A program made the position numbers and the translations under genes. This document shows positions 10,673 to 20,689 of a DNA stretch of 64,000 nucleotides, piece after piece. The notes under the pieces are model-generated. The model had not been told where the DNA came from, made no database searches, and saw nothing but the letters and a program-made list of their open reading frames with translations. The first letter of the stretch is position 1; every line of letters starts with the position of its first letter. Source of the DNA: a virus. The DNA is taken from the IMG/VR virus record IMGVR_UViG_3300031463_000001, positions 32,001 through 96,000 of that record. One strand, 5' to 3'.

Positions 10673-12018
10673 ACAAGGTAGAGACAACTGTAGGAACTCC
10701 ATTAACAACCAATTTAATTAATGCTCTTAGTGATATAAGTAATAGTAATGTAAGCGATTTAGTTAATTTAAGTTTTAAAAATGGAGTATTTAGAAACCTA
10801 CCCAATGAACCCTTTCCTTTTTCTATTTCTGCTTTATCCCAAGGATCTAATTTAGTTGTAACAGTAACTCCAGGTAAAGCATTATTGGATGATGGAACTG
10901 CTTTAATTGTTACTCAAAACTTAACTGCTTCTATTCCAATTACCAACTCTTATCCAATTAGAGTTTATCTATCTTACGAATATATTTCTCCTGATTCTTC
11001 TTTACCTAGTAAAAAAGTTTGTAATCCTATTTTAGTTCTTAAACCTAACGATGATAATACAGTTCCAAGCAATAAAACATTTTTAGGAAGTGTTAGTTAT
11101 GATAATGGATTCAAATATGATTATAGTTCTAGAAATTGGTTAAGTTTCTCTACTGGGATACAACAATTAGTTACTTTACCCACTCAAACAGATACTTCAA
11201 TGCCAGATTATGGTTTTGGTAAAACAGTATCTTATACTGATCATATGTTTGCAAGAGGACATGGTTCAATAACTCCAACCAATCCACATGGTTTATCTTT
11301 AGTGGATGTTGAAGGTTGGGTAGAAACAAAGTTAACTGAAACACACGAATCTCAAATGCACAAAACAAGTTTATTAGGTGGGGTACCCACATTTATTTCA
11401 ATCCAACAAGCCATAGGAAACCTAAACTATTACTATATGTTTATTCAATTTCCTGCTAATGTTACTATGTTTTTAAAAGGAAAAACATTTAATAATACCA
11501 ACATACCTTCAATATATTTATATTTTGGTACTTTTGGAACTAATAGTTTTAATCCATTACCTCAATCAACTTATTTAGTTGCCTATGGTTTGGATAGTAA
11601 TAATAGGGTTTATCCTCAAATAATTAATTTAAAAGATTCATCTATTACTAGTAACTATCATTGGAAATATGTAACAGATACAGATTATAGACAATCCCAA
11701 GTTGTGGATGGAGTTACTAATGAAGGAGACTATTTTTATTTAAAGATTTATAATTGGGTAGTTCCTGCTAATTCTTTAGTTAGTAATTCACTTACTCCTT
11801 ATAATTTTTTCAATAATTCAAAAGAATTAGTTCCAATAGGTACTACAATCTTATGGCCCAACACTACTAATTTTCCTGTAGGATATGTACCCGGAGGAAC
11901 TATACTATATAAGAAAGGATTTATAACTCTTAGCAATATTATGAATAACAGTGGAGAAACTTTTATATTACCTACCACCACTATCTCAAATTTTACACCT
12001 TTAATTAAAGCTGTTTAG
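10669..12018 (+). CDS. Tail fibre protein with C-terminal collar-like segment
   Basis: VTVTPGKALLDDG, NPHGLSL motif shared with 7221 ORF, PIGTTILWP...PVGYV collar-like motif. Confidence 0.65.
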   Translation: MNKVETTVGTPLTTNLINALSDISNSNVSDLVNLSFKNGVFRNLPNEPFPFSISALSQGSNLVVTVTPGKALLDDGTALIVTQNLTASIPITNSYPIRVYLSYEYISPDSSLPSKKVCNPILVLKPNDDNTVPSNKTFLGSVSYDNGFKYDYSSRNWLSFSTGIQQLVTLPTQTDTSMPDYGFGKTVSYTDHMFARGHGSITPTNPHGLSLVDVEGWVETKLTETHESQMHKTSLLGGVPTFISIQQAIGNLNYYYMFIQFPANVTMFLKGKTFNNTNIPSIYLYFGTFGTNSFNPLPQSTYLVAYGLDSNNRVYPQIINLKDSSITSNYHWKYVTDTDYRQSQVVDGVTNEGDYFYLKIYNWVVPANSLVSNSLTPYNFFNNSKELVPIGTTILWPNTTNFPVGYVPGGTILYKKGFITLSNIMNNSGETFILPTTTISNFTPLIKAV

Positions 12019-12086
12019 AAGGGAAAAATAAATAAACAATTTGCGTAATTAGTTTATAACAATTAGTTTGTAAGGAGAGTAGTTCG

Positions 12087-12245
12087 ATGAAAGTAAATAG
12101 AATTAGAGTAAGAAAAATAGATAGGATTAATACTAATGTAAAAATCCATACTCCAAAAATCCAAAAAGAGAAATACAGATTTAATTGGAGGAAAGAGATT
12201 GAAGACGAACTCGATGAAAAGAAATTTGGAGGTTTATTATGGTGA
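12087..12245 (+). CDS. Small basic hypothetical protein (52 aa, not in ORF track)
   Basis: AAGGAG RBS, MKVNRIRVRK...GGLLW*, overlaps start of next gene. Confidence 0.5.
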   Translation: MKVNRIRVRKIDRINTNVKIHTPKIQKEKYRFNWRKEIEDELDEKKFGGLLW

Positions 12246-12487
12246 AATGTTTGGTGTGCGAATGTATTGAGGAGGCACATTTATTTTATTGGAAATGTCC
12301 TCTTTATGGTGACATAATATGTAGTGAGTGTTGTTGGAGTGTACCTAAAATTGAAGAATATCCTGAAATGAAAGAACGATTAATTAAATCAGGAGTGGAT
12401 ATTAATAAGATTCCTGAAATATGTAAAGAATGTGGAAGGAATGGATATTACGAATATAAACTAGAAAACCCACCTAAGAAAACCTAA
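12239..12487 (+). CDS. Cys-rich putative zinc-binding protein
   Basis: CLVCEC, CP....ICSECC, CKEC; GGAGGT RBS. Confidence 0.6.
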   Translation: MVKCLVCECIEEAHLFYWKCPLYGDIICSECCWSVPKIEEYPEMKERLIKSGVDINKIPEICKECGRNGYYEYKLENPPKKT

Positions 12488-12566
12488 AATACTGAATAGC
12501 TTCCCACGTTTTATTGATGGAATTTAACCTTTTAAAGTTTGTACAAGAGATTTATGTTGTTGAAAA

Positions 12567-13088
12567 TTATTGGGGTGTTATTTCTGGATGATCTTTATAG
12601 AACTCATCTAGTTTACCAATTTGTTTAAGAAAATTGGTATAAGAGGTAAGTTGTTTTTTATTTTTAATTATAGTTCCTTCTCCCTTAATAAATCTATCTT
12701 TTAAAACGTTTTGAGCATAAAGGCATGAGTAATAGCTATCAGTAGCTATAGTATTTTCACCTTTAGGAAAAGGACCATGCAAAACATCACTAGCATAACC
12801 ATATGCATATCTTAACCATTTAGCCATTTCATCTTCCCCCTTTGGAAAAGGCCCTTTTAAAATAAATTTAGCATACCAAAAAGAAGTTTGGCCATCTAAA
12901 GTAATTATATCTTCAAACGTATCTTTAATCTTACCTTTAGCAATTTTTTCGGCATATTCATAAGTTAAAAAAGGATCTTTAACCATTGGGATTAATGTTT
13001 CTGCTAGTTCTTTATCTTTCTTTTTAATAGCTTCTTTTAATACTTTTTTAATTTTATCGGGATCTTTTAATAAATCTGATATGTTCAT
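12567..13088 (-). CDS. 26-aa helical repeat family protein (MNIxDLLKDP...KDHP)
   Basis: Family N-cap, GPFPKGE repeats, C-cap DEFYKDHPE; last gene of array 1. Confidence 0.9.
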   Translation of the reverse strand: MNISDLLKDPDKIKKVLKEAIKKKDKELAETLIPMVKDPFLTYEYAEKIAKGKIKDTFEDIITLDGQTSFWYAKFILKGPFPKGEDEMAKWLRYAYGYASDVLHGPFPKGENTIATDSYYSCLYAQNVLKDRFIKGEGTIIKNKKQLTSYTNFLKQIGKLDEFYKDHPEITPQ

Positions 13089-13528
13089 AATTTATCTTTA
13101 ACCTCTGGATGGTCTTTTAGAAATTCGTTTAACTTATTAATTTTTTTAAGAAAATCTATATAATCCCAAAAATAATCAAAATTAATAATAGTATCCTCTC
13201 CCTTAATAAACCTATCTTTTAACACATCTTTAGCATACCAAAAAGAATACCAAGAATTTTTAGCTATAACATCTTCTCCTTTAATAAATCTATCTTTTAA
13301 AACATAACTAGAATAAAAAAAAGAAAATTTTGAATCTTGAGCAATAATATCTTCAAACTCATCTTTAATCTTACCTTTAGCAACTTTTTCCGCATATTCA
13401 CAAGTTAACTCGGGATCGTTAACTATTGGGATTAACATTTCTGCTGCTTCTTTATTTTTATCTTCAATAGCTTTTTCTAATACTTTTTTAGCTTTATTTG
13501 GATCTTTTAATAAATCTGATATGTTCAT
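13085..13528 (-). CDS. 26-aa repeat family protein
   Basis: Family caps; ATGA overlap with neighbours. Confidence 0.9.
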   Translation of the reverse strand: MNISDLLKDPNKAKKVLEKAIEDKNKEAAEMLIPIVNDPELTCEYAEKVAKGKIKDEFEDIIAQDSKFSFFYSSYVLKDRFIKGEDVIAKNSWYSFWYAKDVLKDRFIKGEDTIINFDYFWDYIDFLKKINKLNEFLKDHPEVKDKL

Positions 13529-14133
13529 ACTTTATCTTTTACCTCTGGATGATTGTTTAAGAATTCTTTTAATTTTTTTATTCGTCTAAGAAAATTTATA
13601 TAACTCTTTAAATAAGTTGAATCGGAATTATTTATAATTGTATTTTCACCTTTAATGAATCTATCTCTTAAAACTTCTTTTGCATATCTAACTGAATAAT
13701 TAGAATTGGTAGCAATAGCATCTTCTCCTTTTGGGAATGGACTATGTAATATATATGCGGCATATTCAAATGAATGGTTTGGCTGTTTAGCTATTGCATC
13801 CTCTCCTTTTGGCCACGGTCCTTTTATAACATTAAATGCATATGAGTAAGCACTCCAAGGATCTTTAGAAATAGTATCTTCTCCTTTAGGAAACGGACCC
13901 TTTAAAACCTCATAAGCATACCAATAAGACCATATTCCATCTTGAGCAATTATATCTTCCCACTCATCTTTAATCTTACCTTTAACTATTCTTACAGCAT
14001 AAAGTTCTGTTAAACGGGGTTCTTTAACTATTGGGATTAACATTTCTGCTAATTCTTTGTTTTTGTTATCAATAGCTTCTTTTAATACCTTTTTAATTTT
14101 ATCGGGATCTTTTAATAAATCAGATATGTTCAT
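13525..14133 (-). CDS. 26-aa repeat family protein
   Basis: Family caps, three internal xP(F/W)PKGED repeats. Confidence 0.9.
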   Translation of the reverse strand: MNISDLLKDPDKIKKVLKEAIDNKNKELAEMLIPIVKEPRLTELYAVRIVKGKIKDEWEDIIAQDGIWSYWYAYEVLKGPFPKGEDTISKDPWSAYSYAFNVIKGPWPKGEDAIAKQPNHSFEYAAYILHSPFPKGEDAIATNSNYSVRYAKEVLRDRFIKGENTIINNSDSTYLKSYINFLRRIKKLKEFLNNHPEVKDKV

Positions 14134-14648
14134 AATTTAATTTTGTATATACTATGACCTTTCTCTATAAATTCTGCAGAAAAGTTTTGATGTAATACAT
14201 GAGATCTCCAACGTGTTTCTTTCTTTTCAATTATCCACCATCTACCCCCATCCTTCCTTACAATAAAATCTCCATTCTGTAAAGAGGGTTCAAAGAGAGT
14301 CCACCCACTTAATATAGCTTCATTTTTTATACCTTGTTCAGTAGGTTTAAATCTTTGATTAAATGGTGTAATCATACTAATTTTAATTTCAATGGGACGA
14401 TAAAATCCACCAACATAATTAGTTCCAAAACAATAAAGACAAAATTCAATTTGAGGATGTTGTCCTCTTATCTTATCAAAATTAGGACAAATTTGGCCCT
14501 CTCTCTTTTTTCTATAATATAAAACACGTTCACCTCCCATCTCCAATAACCATTTCTCTCTATTTCGAATTTCCAGGAGGTATCTGACTAAAGGATCAAA
14601 GTTACGATCTGAAACATTGGGAAGAATTTGTAGGTGAGACCAACTCAT
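14130..14648 (-). CDS. Putative neck/head-closure-like structural protein
   Basis: GERVLYY..C...CLYCFGTNYVGGFY.P and GDFIV...RW motifs resemble large-myovirus neck proteins; coupled within the repeat-gene array. Confidence 0.45.
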   Translation of the reverse strand: MSWSHLQILPNVSDRNFDPLVRYLLEIRNREKWLLEMGGERVLYYRKKREGQICPNFDKIRGQHPQIEFCLYCFGTNYVGGFYRPIEIKISMITPFNQRFKPTEQGIKNEAILSGWTLFEPSLQNGDFIVRKDGGRWWIIEKKETRWRSHVLHQNFSAEFIEKGHSIYKIKL

Positions 14649-15169
14649 AGTTTAACCTCCGGATGATCTTTTAAGAATTCATCTAGTTTATTTATAGATT
14701 TAAGGAAATTAATATAATCTTCCAAATATCTTTTTTTAGGAGAATTAATAATAACATCCTCTCCTTTAATAAATCTATCTTTTAAAACATCTTGAGCATA
14801 TCGATTAGAACTCCAAAAATCAGTAGCAATAGCAGGTTCTCCTTTTGGCCAAGGACCTTTTATAATATCTCTAGCATATAAATAAGCATAATTATCATCT
14901 TTAGCAAGTGTATCTTCACCTCTAGGGAATGGACCTTTTAAAACAAATAAAGCATAATCATATGAAACTTTTACACTTTGAGCAATTATGTCTTCAAATT
15001 CATCTTTAACTTTACCCCGAGTTATATAATATGCATATTCATAAGTTAACGCGGGATCTTTAATTATTGGTATTAACATTTCTGCTAATTCTCTTTTTTC
15101 ACTAGTTATAGCCTTCCATAAAACTTTTTTAATTTTATCGGGATCTTTTAATAAATCTCCTATATTCAT
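14645..15169 (-). CDS. 26-aa repeat family protein
   Basis: Family caps and repeats. Confidence 0.9.
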   Translation of the reverse strand: MNIGDLLKDPDKIKKVLWKAITSEKRELAEMLIPIIKDPALTYEYAYYITRGKVKDEFEDIIAQSVKVSYDYALFVLKGPFPRGEDTLAKDDNYAYLYARDIIKGPWPKGEPAIATDFWSSNRYAQDVLKDRFIKGEDVIINSPKKRYLEDYINFLKSINKLDEFLKDHPEVKL

Positions 15170-15612
15170 AATTTATCTTTTACCTCCGGATGATCTTTTA
15201 AAAACTCATCTAGTTTGTATATAGATTCAAGGAAACTAATATAATCCTTTAAATATTCTTTATCTTTAATAATAATATTTTCTCCTAAAAGAAATCTATC
15301 TTTTAAAATATTTTTAGCATAATCAAAAGAATACAATGAATCTTTAGCAATAGTGGGTTCTCCTTTTAGGAATGGTCCATGTAAAACATTTTCAGCATAC
15401 CAACAAGAAACAGGTGCGCTTTGTGCAATAATATCTTCCCACTCGTCTTTAATTGGTTTTCTAACTATTCGTTGAGCATATTTATAGGTTAAATAAGGAT
15501 CTTTAACTATTGGAATTAACATTTCGGCTAATTCTTTGTTTAAATCATCAATAGCATCTCTTAATACTTCTTTAGCTTTATCTGGGTTTTTTAATAAATC
15601 TGATATATTCAT
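15166..15612 (-). CDS. 26-aa repeat family protein
   Basis: Family caps and repeats. Confidence 0.9.
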   Translation of the reverse strand: MNISDLLKNPDKAKEVLRDAIDDLNKELAEMLIPIVKDPYLTYKYAQRIVRKPIKDEWEDIIAQSAPVSCWYAENVLHGPFLKGEPTIAKDSLYSFDYAKNILKDRFLLGENIIIKDKEYLKDYISFLESIYKLDEFLKDHPEVKDKL

Positions 15613-16223
15613 AATTTAACTTCTGGATGATCTTTTAAGAATTCATCTAGTTTATTTATTGTTTTTAAGAAATCGATATATTTTATCAAATAATTTTTTT
15701 CACCTTCTTGATCTCCACTATCTATAATTACATTTTCTCCTTTAACAAATCTACCCTTTGATACATCTCTAGCATAATGATAAGAATAATAAGGATCTTT
15801 AGCAATAACATCCTCTCCTTTAATAAAAGGTTTTTGTAAAACATTTGCAGCATAAAGATAAGAGAAAGTGGGATCTTTAGCTATAACATCCTCACCTTTA
15901 GGAAATGGACCTTTTAAGACCTCATAAGCATAATAATAAGAACTATAGGCGTTAGTAGCAATAGCATCTTCTCCTTTTGGGAATGGGGCATGTAAAACAA
16001 AGCTAGCATATCGATAAGAATAAAGGGGATCTTTAGTAATAATATCTTCCCATTCATCTTTAATTTTATTTTCAGCTATTTCAAGGGCATATCTAAAAGT
16101 TAACCCAGGATCTTTAACTATTGGAATTAACATTTTAGCTAATTTTCTTTCCCCAGTATTTATAGCTTTTCTTAATGCTTTTTCAGCTTTACTTGGATCT
16201 TTTAATAAATCTAAAAGATTCAT
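15609..16223 (-). CDS. 26-aa repeat family protein
   Basis: Family caps and repeats; first gene of array 1. Confidence 0.9.
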   Translation of the reverse strand: MNLLDLLKDPSKAEKALRKAINTGERKLAKMLIPIVKDPGLTFRYALEIAENKIKDEWEDIITKDPLYSYRYASFVLHAPFPKGEDAIATNAYSSYYYAYEVLKGPFPKGEDVIAKDPTFSYLYAANVLQKPFIKGEDVIAKDPYYSYHYARDVSKGRFVKGENVIIDSGDQEGEKNYLIKYIDFLKTINKLDEFLKDHPEVKL

Positions 16224-19048
16224 TTAACTTCCTCAAAACTTATAGGTCTTTCTATTTTACCTGACTTACTATTTAAACTAAAAGGACATCTTATACTTCC
16301 ACCTTGATGATATGTGCTAACATCTAATCTTAAATAATCTTCACTAGGAACAATTCCTGTAGTGGTTTTATCATATTTAGATACAATTTCATTATCCAAC
16401 AAATCTCTTAACTTTTTTCTAGTGGTAGTTATATTTTGAGGATTTTTAAAAAATATAAATAGATGATAACCTCTTCCACCAGTTTCAAATAGTTCAGTTT
16501 TAGATACTTCAAAGTTTTTCTTTATTAAATTATCTACATCTTTTATTATTTTTTTTAAATCTTTTCTATCATATTCAGAATGTACATCAAAATCTATCCA
16601 AGCTAGATTAGAGACTTTATCAGATAAAACTAAATGAAATTCCACTATTCTACCCGTATTTAATCTATCAAAATCCTCTTCAGTTTCAATTTTAAGAGGT
16701 TGATGTGTTTTGGAATCATTTTTCATAATTATAACATTTTCATTTGGTTTTAACCACAACATTGTATTAAAACCTTTTAAATATTTAAGAAGTTTAGATT
16801 TATTTGTGTTGTAGTAATTCCATATATCTTGTTCAGTCCATTTAGGTTTTTCAATAATTATAGTATCAGGATGAACGGGTTGGTAGGATTTTTTGAATAA
16901 AGAAATTTTTAGATGTGTGTTAACAACTAGATTGGGATTATTTTCATCTCCCCACTGATGTATAAAATCATTAACATACTCATATCTTCCTTCTTTAGAA
17001 TAATAATTTAAAATTTGATTTTTTGAATCATTATCATCTATTTTCCAATCTGTGATAGTTTCTCCCGCTTCCATATAATCACCCTCTTTTATTAATCTTT
17101 TTACTATTAATTTTTTTAAATCATCATCTAAATATTGTGGATATTTATTTTCGATTAATCTTATTAAATTACTAACATATATAGAAGGATTAGAAACAAA
17201 AGAAATAATTTCTTCTTTAGAAAAAGTAGGAGCTAATTCAGGCCATTTTTCAATATATCTTACCCAATCTTCGATATCATTTATTTCTTTAAATTTATTT
17301 AACACAAATTGTTTTAATTCCAAATTTTTTACTTTAAAAGTATTAATTAAATCAGCTAATTTTTCCCAATTTTCTTCTTTTATAAATCTTTCAATTTCTT
17401 CTTTAACTAATGTTTCTTCTGAAATATTATCTAATTTTGATTTATACTTAATATAAAGAGTATATGATTTTTTTCTAAGTTGTTCTAAACCCTTTTCTTT
17501 TAGTTCAGGGGTTAAAAAATCGAATCCCCAATTTTTTTCGATTTCTTCAATCCACCAATCTAAACTGTTTCTATTTATTAACATCTCAACTATTTTTCTT
17601 TTTAAGTCATCAGAAATTGATGGAAATCTTTTAATTATCTCTCCAAGATACCCTTGTTGTAACAATTTTTCTACAGTTGGTTTTTCAATCTTTATATTAA
17701 GAGTTTCTAAAATTTGGGGATGATCTTCAAAAAGATCTATATTTTCTTCTACATATTTTTTTAAATTATTTTTAGACTCTTCAGTTAATTTATCTTTATA
17801 TTTTAAAATTTCTTTTATAAAAGCAGATTGTAAATCGGAATTTCTTTCCATTTTATCTAATGATTTAATTGCTGAATTAAGATATTCATAATATTGATCT
17901 TTTGTACTTTGTTTAGCTACTGTTTTCCAATATTCAAATGCTGAAATTGGATTAGATTTAATTTCATCTATAATTTGTTCTTTTAATTTAGGATCTAAAT
18001 TAGTTTTTTCAAAGGTACTTTTATTTATTATATACCCAATTAAATTTAAAAAACTTCCTTTATTTAAAGGTGTTCCGCCTCCTCTAATTACTACAAAATC
18101 ATTAGGAAGACTTAAAACATAATCTATTAAAACTTGTTCGTTTAATTTATCTTTTATTAAATCCAGATAATTAAAAAATAAATCCCATTCTATAGGTGTT
18201 AATACTTTATCTTTTATTTCAATATGATTATATATTTTGTTTAATTTTTCAATTAAATCTTCTTTACTCATTTCTTTTTGTTCTTTAATAGGATACTTAA
18301 AAATAGGTTGCCATTCTTTTAATACCCCATAATCTTTGTCTAAGATAAAGATCGTACTATCAGATAATGATTTATTTAATGTACTATTTACTCCATCTTC
18401 TCCTCCAATAGCAAAAAGAGGAACTCCATTTTTAAAAATAAACCAAAATCCAATTTCTTTAGTTTTTGGATTTTCCCAATATTGCTGAGCATAATTTAAA
18501 TTATTAATACACCACATATTGTATCCCTTATTAGCTAATTCGATTATTCCTTCAGAAGATAATGCTTTATAGAGAACATATTGATCTCCTTCTATGTTTT
18601 TAGTATCTACTACTTCATAATTTATTTTTTCTTTTTCGGATGAGAAATTTAAAATTTCATCAATATCTTTTCTCTTTAAAAGTGAAGGATATTTGGTAAA
18701 CTTTTCTTTTAATTCATCTAATTTATCACTAATCTTATCATAATTAGTAAACAATAATTTAAACATATTTACTATATCAAAATCTTTAAGAGGAGAAATA
18801 GGTTGAGTTTCTATTTCTTTTACATTAATATCCAACCATTCTTCTCCTTTACGCTTATGGATATATTTTTCTTTTATAGTATCTAAATCTTTCTCTACCC
18901 TCAAATATGGAGAAAGAACATACACAATATCTAAAAATTTTTGGGTATAAGAGGGATTACCTAAAAACTCTTTTACATTAAATAATTCTTTTAACTTTCC
19001 AGCAATTTTAAAAATAGGTAACCAATCTTTTATGTCAAATTTATGCAT
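16220..19048 (-). CDS. Large multidomain protein with C-terminal LigD-polymerase-like (AEP primase-polymerase) domain
   Basis: C-terminal WIDFD (DxD), ETGGRGYH (motif II), RLD...RCPFSL resemble the LigD PolDom; N-terminal WC-containing domain also seen in the 60605 ORF; helical middle. Confidence 0.7.
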   Translation of the reverse strand: MHKFDIKDWLPIFKIAGKLKELFNVKEFLGNPSYTQKFLDIVYVLSPYLRVEKDLDTIKEKYIHKRKGEEWLDINVKEIETQPISPLKDFDIVNMFKLLFTNYDKISDKLDELKEKFTKYPSLLKRKDIDEILNFSSEKEKINYEVVDTKNIEGDQYVLYKALSSEGIIELANKGYNMWCINNLNYAQQYWENPKTKEIGFWFIFKNGVPLFAIGGEDGVNSTLNKSLSDSTIFILDKDYGVLKEWQPIFKYPIKEQKEMSKEDLIEKLNKIYNHIEIKDKVLTPIEWDLFFNYLDLIKDKLNEQVLIDYVLSLPNDFVVIRGGGTPLNKGSFLNLIGYIINKSTFEKTNLDPKLKEQIIDEIKSNPISAFEYWKTVAKQSTKDQYYEYLNSAIKSLDKMERNSDLQSAFIKEILKYKDKLTEESKNNLKKYVEENIDLFEDHPQILETLNIKIEKPTVEKLLQQGYLGEIIKRFPSISDDLKRKIVEMLINRNSLDWWIEEIEKNWGFDFLTPELKEKGLEQLRKKSYTLYIKYKSKLDNISEETLVKEEIERFIKEENWEKLADLINTFKVKNLELKQFVLNKFKEINDIEDWVRYIEKWPELAPTFSKEEIISFVSNPSIYVSNLIRLIENKYPQYLDDDLKKLIVKRLIKEGDYMEAGETITDWKIDDNDSKNQILNYYSKEGRYEYVNDFIHQWGDENNPNLVVNTHLKISLFKKSYQPVHPDTIIIEKPKWTEQDIWNYYNTNKSKLLKYLKGFNTMLWLKPNENVIIMKNDSKTHQPLKIETEEDFDRLNTGRIVEFHLVLSDKVSNLAWIDFDVHSEYDRKDLKKIIKDVDNLIKKNFEVSKTELFETGGRGYHLFIFFKNPQNITTTRKKLRDLLDNEIVSKYDKTTTGIVPSEDYLRLDVSTYHQGGSIRCPFSLNSKSGKIERPISFEEVK

Positions 19049-19057
19049 GAATTTTTC

Positions 19058-19528
19058 TTATTTTAAAATTTGATCAACTTTTGAAGCTTCCTCTTCTCCT
19101 TTCTTTTTCTTAGTATAATCAACAATTTCTTTCTTTTCTTCTTCATTTAAATTCCATCTCTTTATCAAATCTTTAAACACTGATACAAAATTCACATCAA
19201 TCATTTTCTTTATAATGGAGATTATATAAAATCTATCTTTAATATCACTTATATGTGGGTTATCTTCAAGTTGTCTAATTTTTTCTAAATCCATATTTTT
19301 AAGTGCCTTTATGAACATCATATATTTTGAATCATCTGTTAGAGTTTTTTCCCACGCTTCAGTTAAGGTTTCCTCTAATTCTTTTTCAGTTTTTTGGGTT
19401 CTTTCAAGTACTTCTTCTCCATATGCTTCAACATCTTCCCATTTATAACTCTTTAATATTAAAGGATTTTTTAATATTTCTCCAATATTTATCTTACCTT
19501 CTTTTATCAACTTTATAAGTTTTTTCAT
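19058..19528 (-). CDS. Hypothetical protein sharing its first 61 aa with the 53120 ORF
   Basis: MKKLIKLIKEGKINIGEILKNP...EAWEK near-identical to the 53120 ORF. Confidence 0.8.
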   Translation of the reverse strand: MKKLIKLIKEGKINIGEILKNPLILKSYKWEDVEAYGEEVLERTQKTEKELEETLTEAWEKTLTDDSKYMMFIKALKNMDLEKIRQLEDNPHISDIKDRFYIISIIKKMIDVNFVSVFKDLIKRWNLNEEEKKEIVDYTKKKKGEEEASKVDQILK

Positions 19529-19538
19529 TTATTCCTCC

Positions 19539-20117
19539 TTAAATTAATTTTTTCAAATTTTCTTTAAGCATATCTACATATTCGTTATACAAAGAATCAA
19601 GATCCGATTCTAATTCCTTTTTCATTATTTCTTGCTTTACTTCGTTTTTATTAAACATTTTTAAAGCATATTTTAGGTCTTCCAATATACTCCTTAATTC
19701 ATTAATTTTTTTCTCAATAGGAACTTTTTCCTCTAGCAAGCTATCCCAATATTCATTTAAATTTATCAAATCTTTTACTACTTCTTCATTACTTAAGTTA
19801 AACTTTAATTCAAACTTTGTATAATCAATAAAATCATCTGATTTAACTATTTCAAAATTTTTCCTTATTAATTTATCAACTTTGTCCCAATAATCTGGCA
19901 TAATCTCAATATCCCACCTATCGAAAAACCTTTCTAATTTTTTTTCTCCTATCTTTTCAATTGTTTCATTATCAATATCTATAGTTGGTTTATAAACATC
20001 AATTTCAAAAATTTCATCATCTTTACTACTCCAACTTTCATCAACTTCTTTAATTTTGTCTTTTACTTTAACTATATCAGCTAATTCAGGATATTTTAAT
20101 AAATCAGATATATTCAT
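19539..20117 (-). CDS. Acidic coiled-coil protein with MNISDLLKYP tag
   Basis: Tag plus non-repeat body; related to the 20117 and 22278 ORFs. Confidence 0.8.
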   Translation of the reverse strand: MNISDLLKYPELADIVKVKDKIKEVDESWSSKDDEIFEIDVYKPTIDIDNETIEKIGEKKLERFFDRWDIEIMPDYWDKVDKLIRKNFEIVKSDDFIDYTKFELKFNLSNEEVVKDLINLNEYWDSLLEEKVPIEKKINELRSILEDLKYALKMFNKNEVKQEIMKKELESDLDSLYNEYVDMLKENLKKLI

Positions 20118-20689
20118 TAGGTTAACTCCTTAATTATTTTATCCCACATTTTTCTATATTTTACATATAGAGGAGGTAATTGGGGTCTAAGTAATTCTTG
20201 ACTATTCTCCCTTATTTGTTTATTTATTTCAAAATTATTTAAATCATGTTTAGCATTAACATTCCATCCCGAATATGTATCTTTTAAATCTTCTATTGGT
20301 CGATCACTCTTTAAAAGAAATTCAATTTCTTTTATTTCATTTTTAAAATTTTTCATAATTTCTTTATTACTTATACTAATAGGCTTAGCTTTAAGGATAA
20401 GTTTATCCTCACTTGGTCTAAATTCATAAATATCAAGATCATATGCTTCGACTACTTCGCTTACTTCATCCAAGTATTTTTTACGAGTCTCATTATATAA
20501 TTTGTGTAATTGTTCCCATTTTTCTTCATTATCAAATAATTCATGTTCAAGTTTTTGAGGAATTACTAAATCATCTATTGTAAAAACAGATATTTCTGAT
20601 TCGGGATTATTTAGGATATCTTTAATTTTATTGTAGGTAACTAACACATCACCTAAAAAAGGATATTTTAATAAATCAGATATTTTCAT
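20117..20689 (-). CDS. Hypothetical protein with MKISDLLKYP tag
   Basis: Tag plus non-repeat body. Confidence 0.8.
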   Translation of the reverse strand: MKISDLLKYPFLGDVLVTYNKIKDILNNPESEISVFTIDDLVIPQKLEHELFDNEEKWEQLHKLYNETRKKYLDEVSEVVEAYDLDIYEFRPSEDKLILKAKPISISNKEIMKNFKNEIKEIEFLLKSDRPIEDLKDTYSGWNVNAKHDLNNFEINKQIRENSQELLRPQLPPLYVKYRKMWDKIIKELT

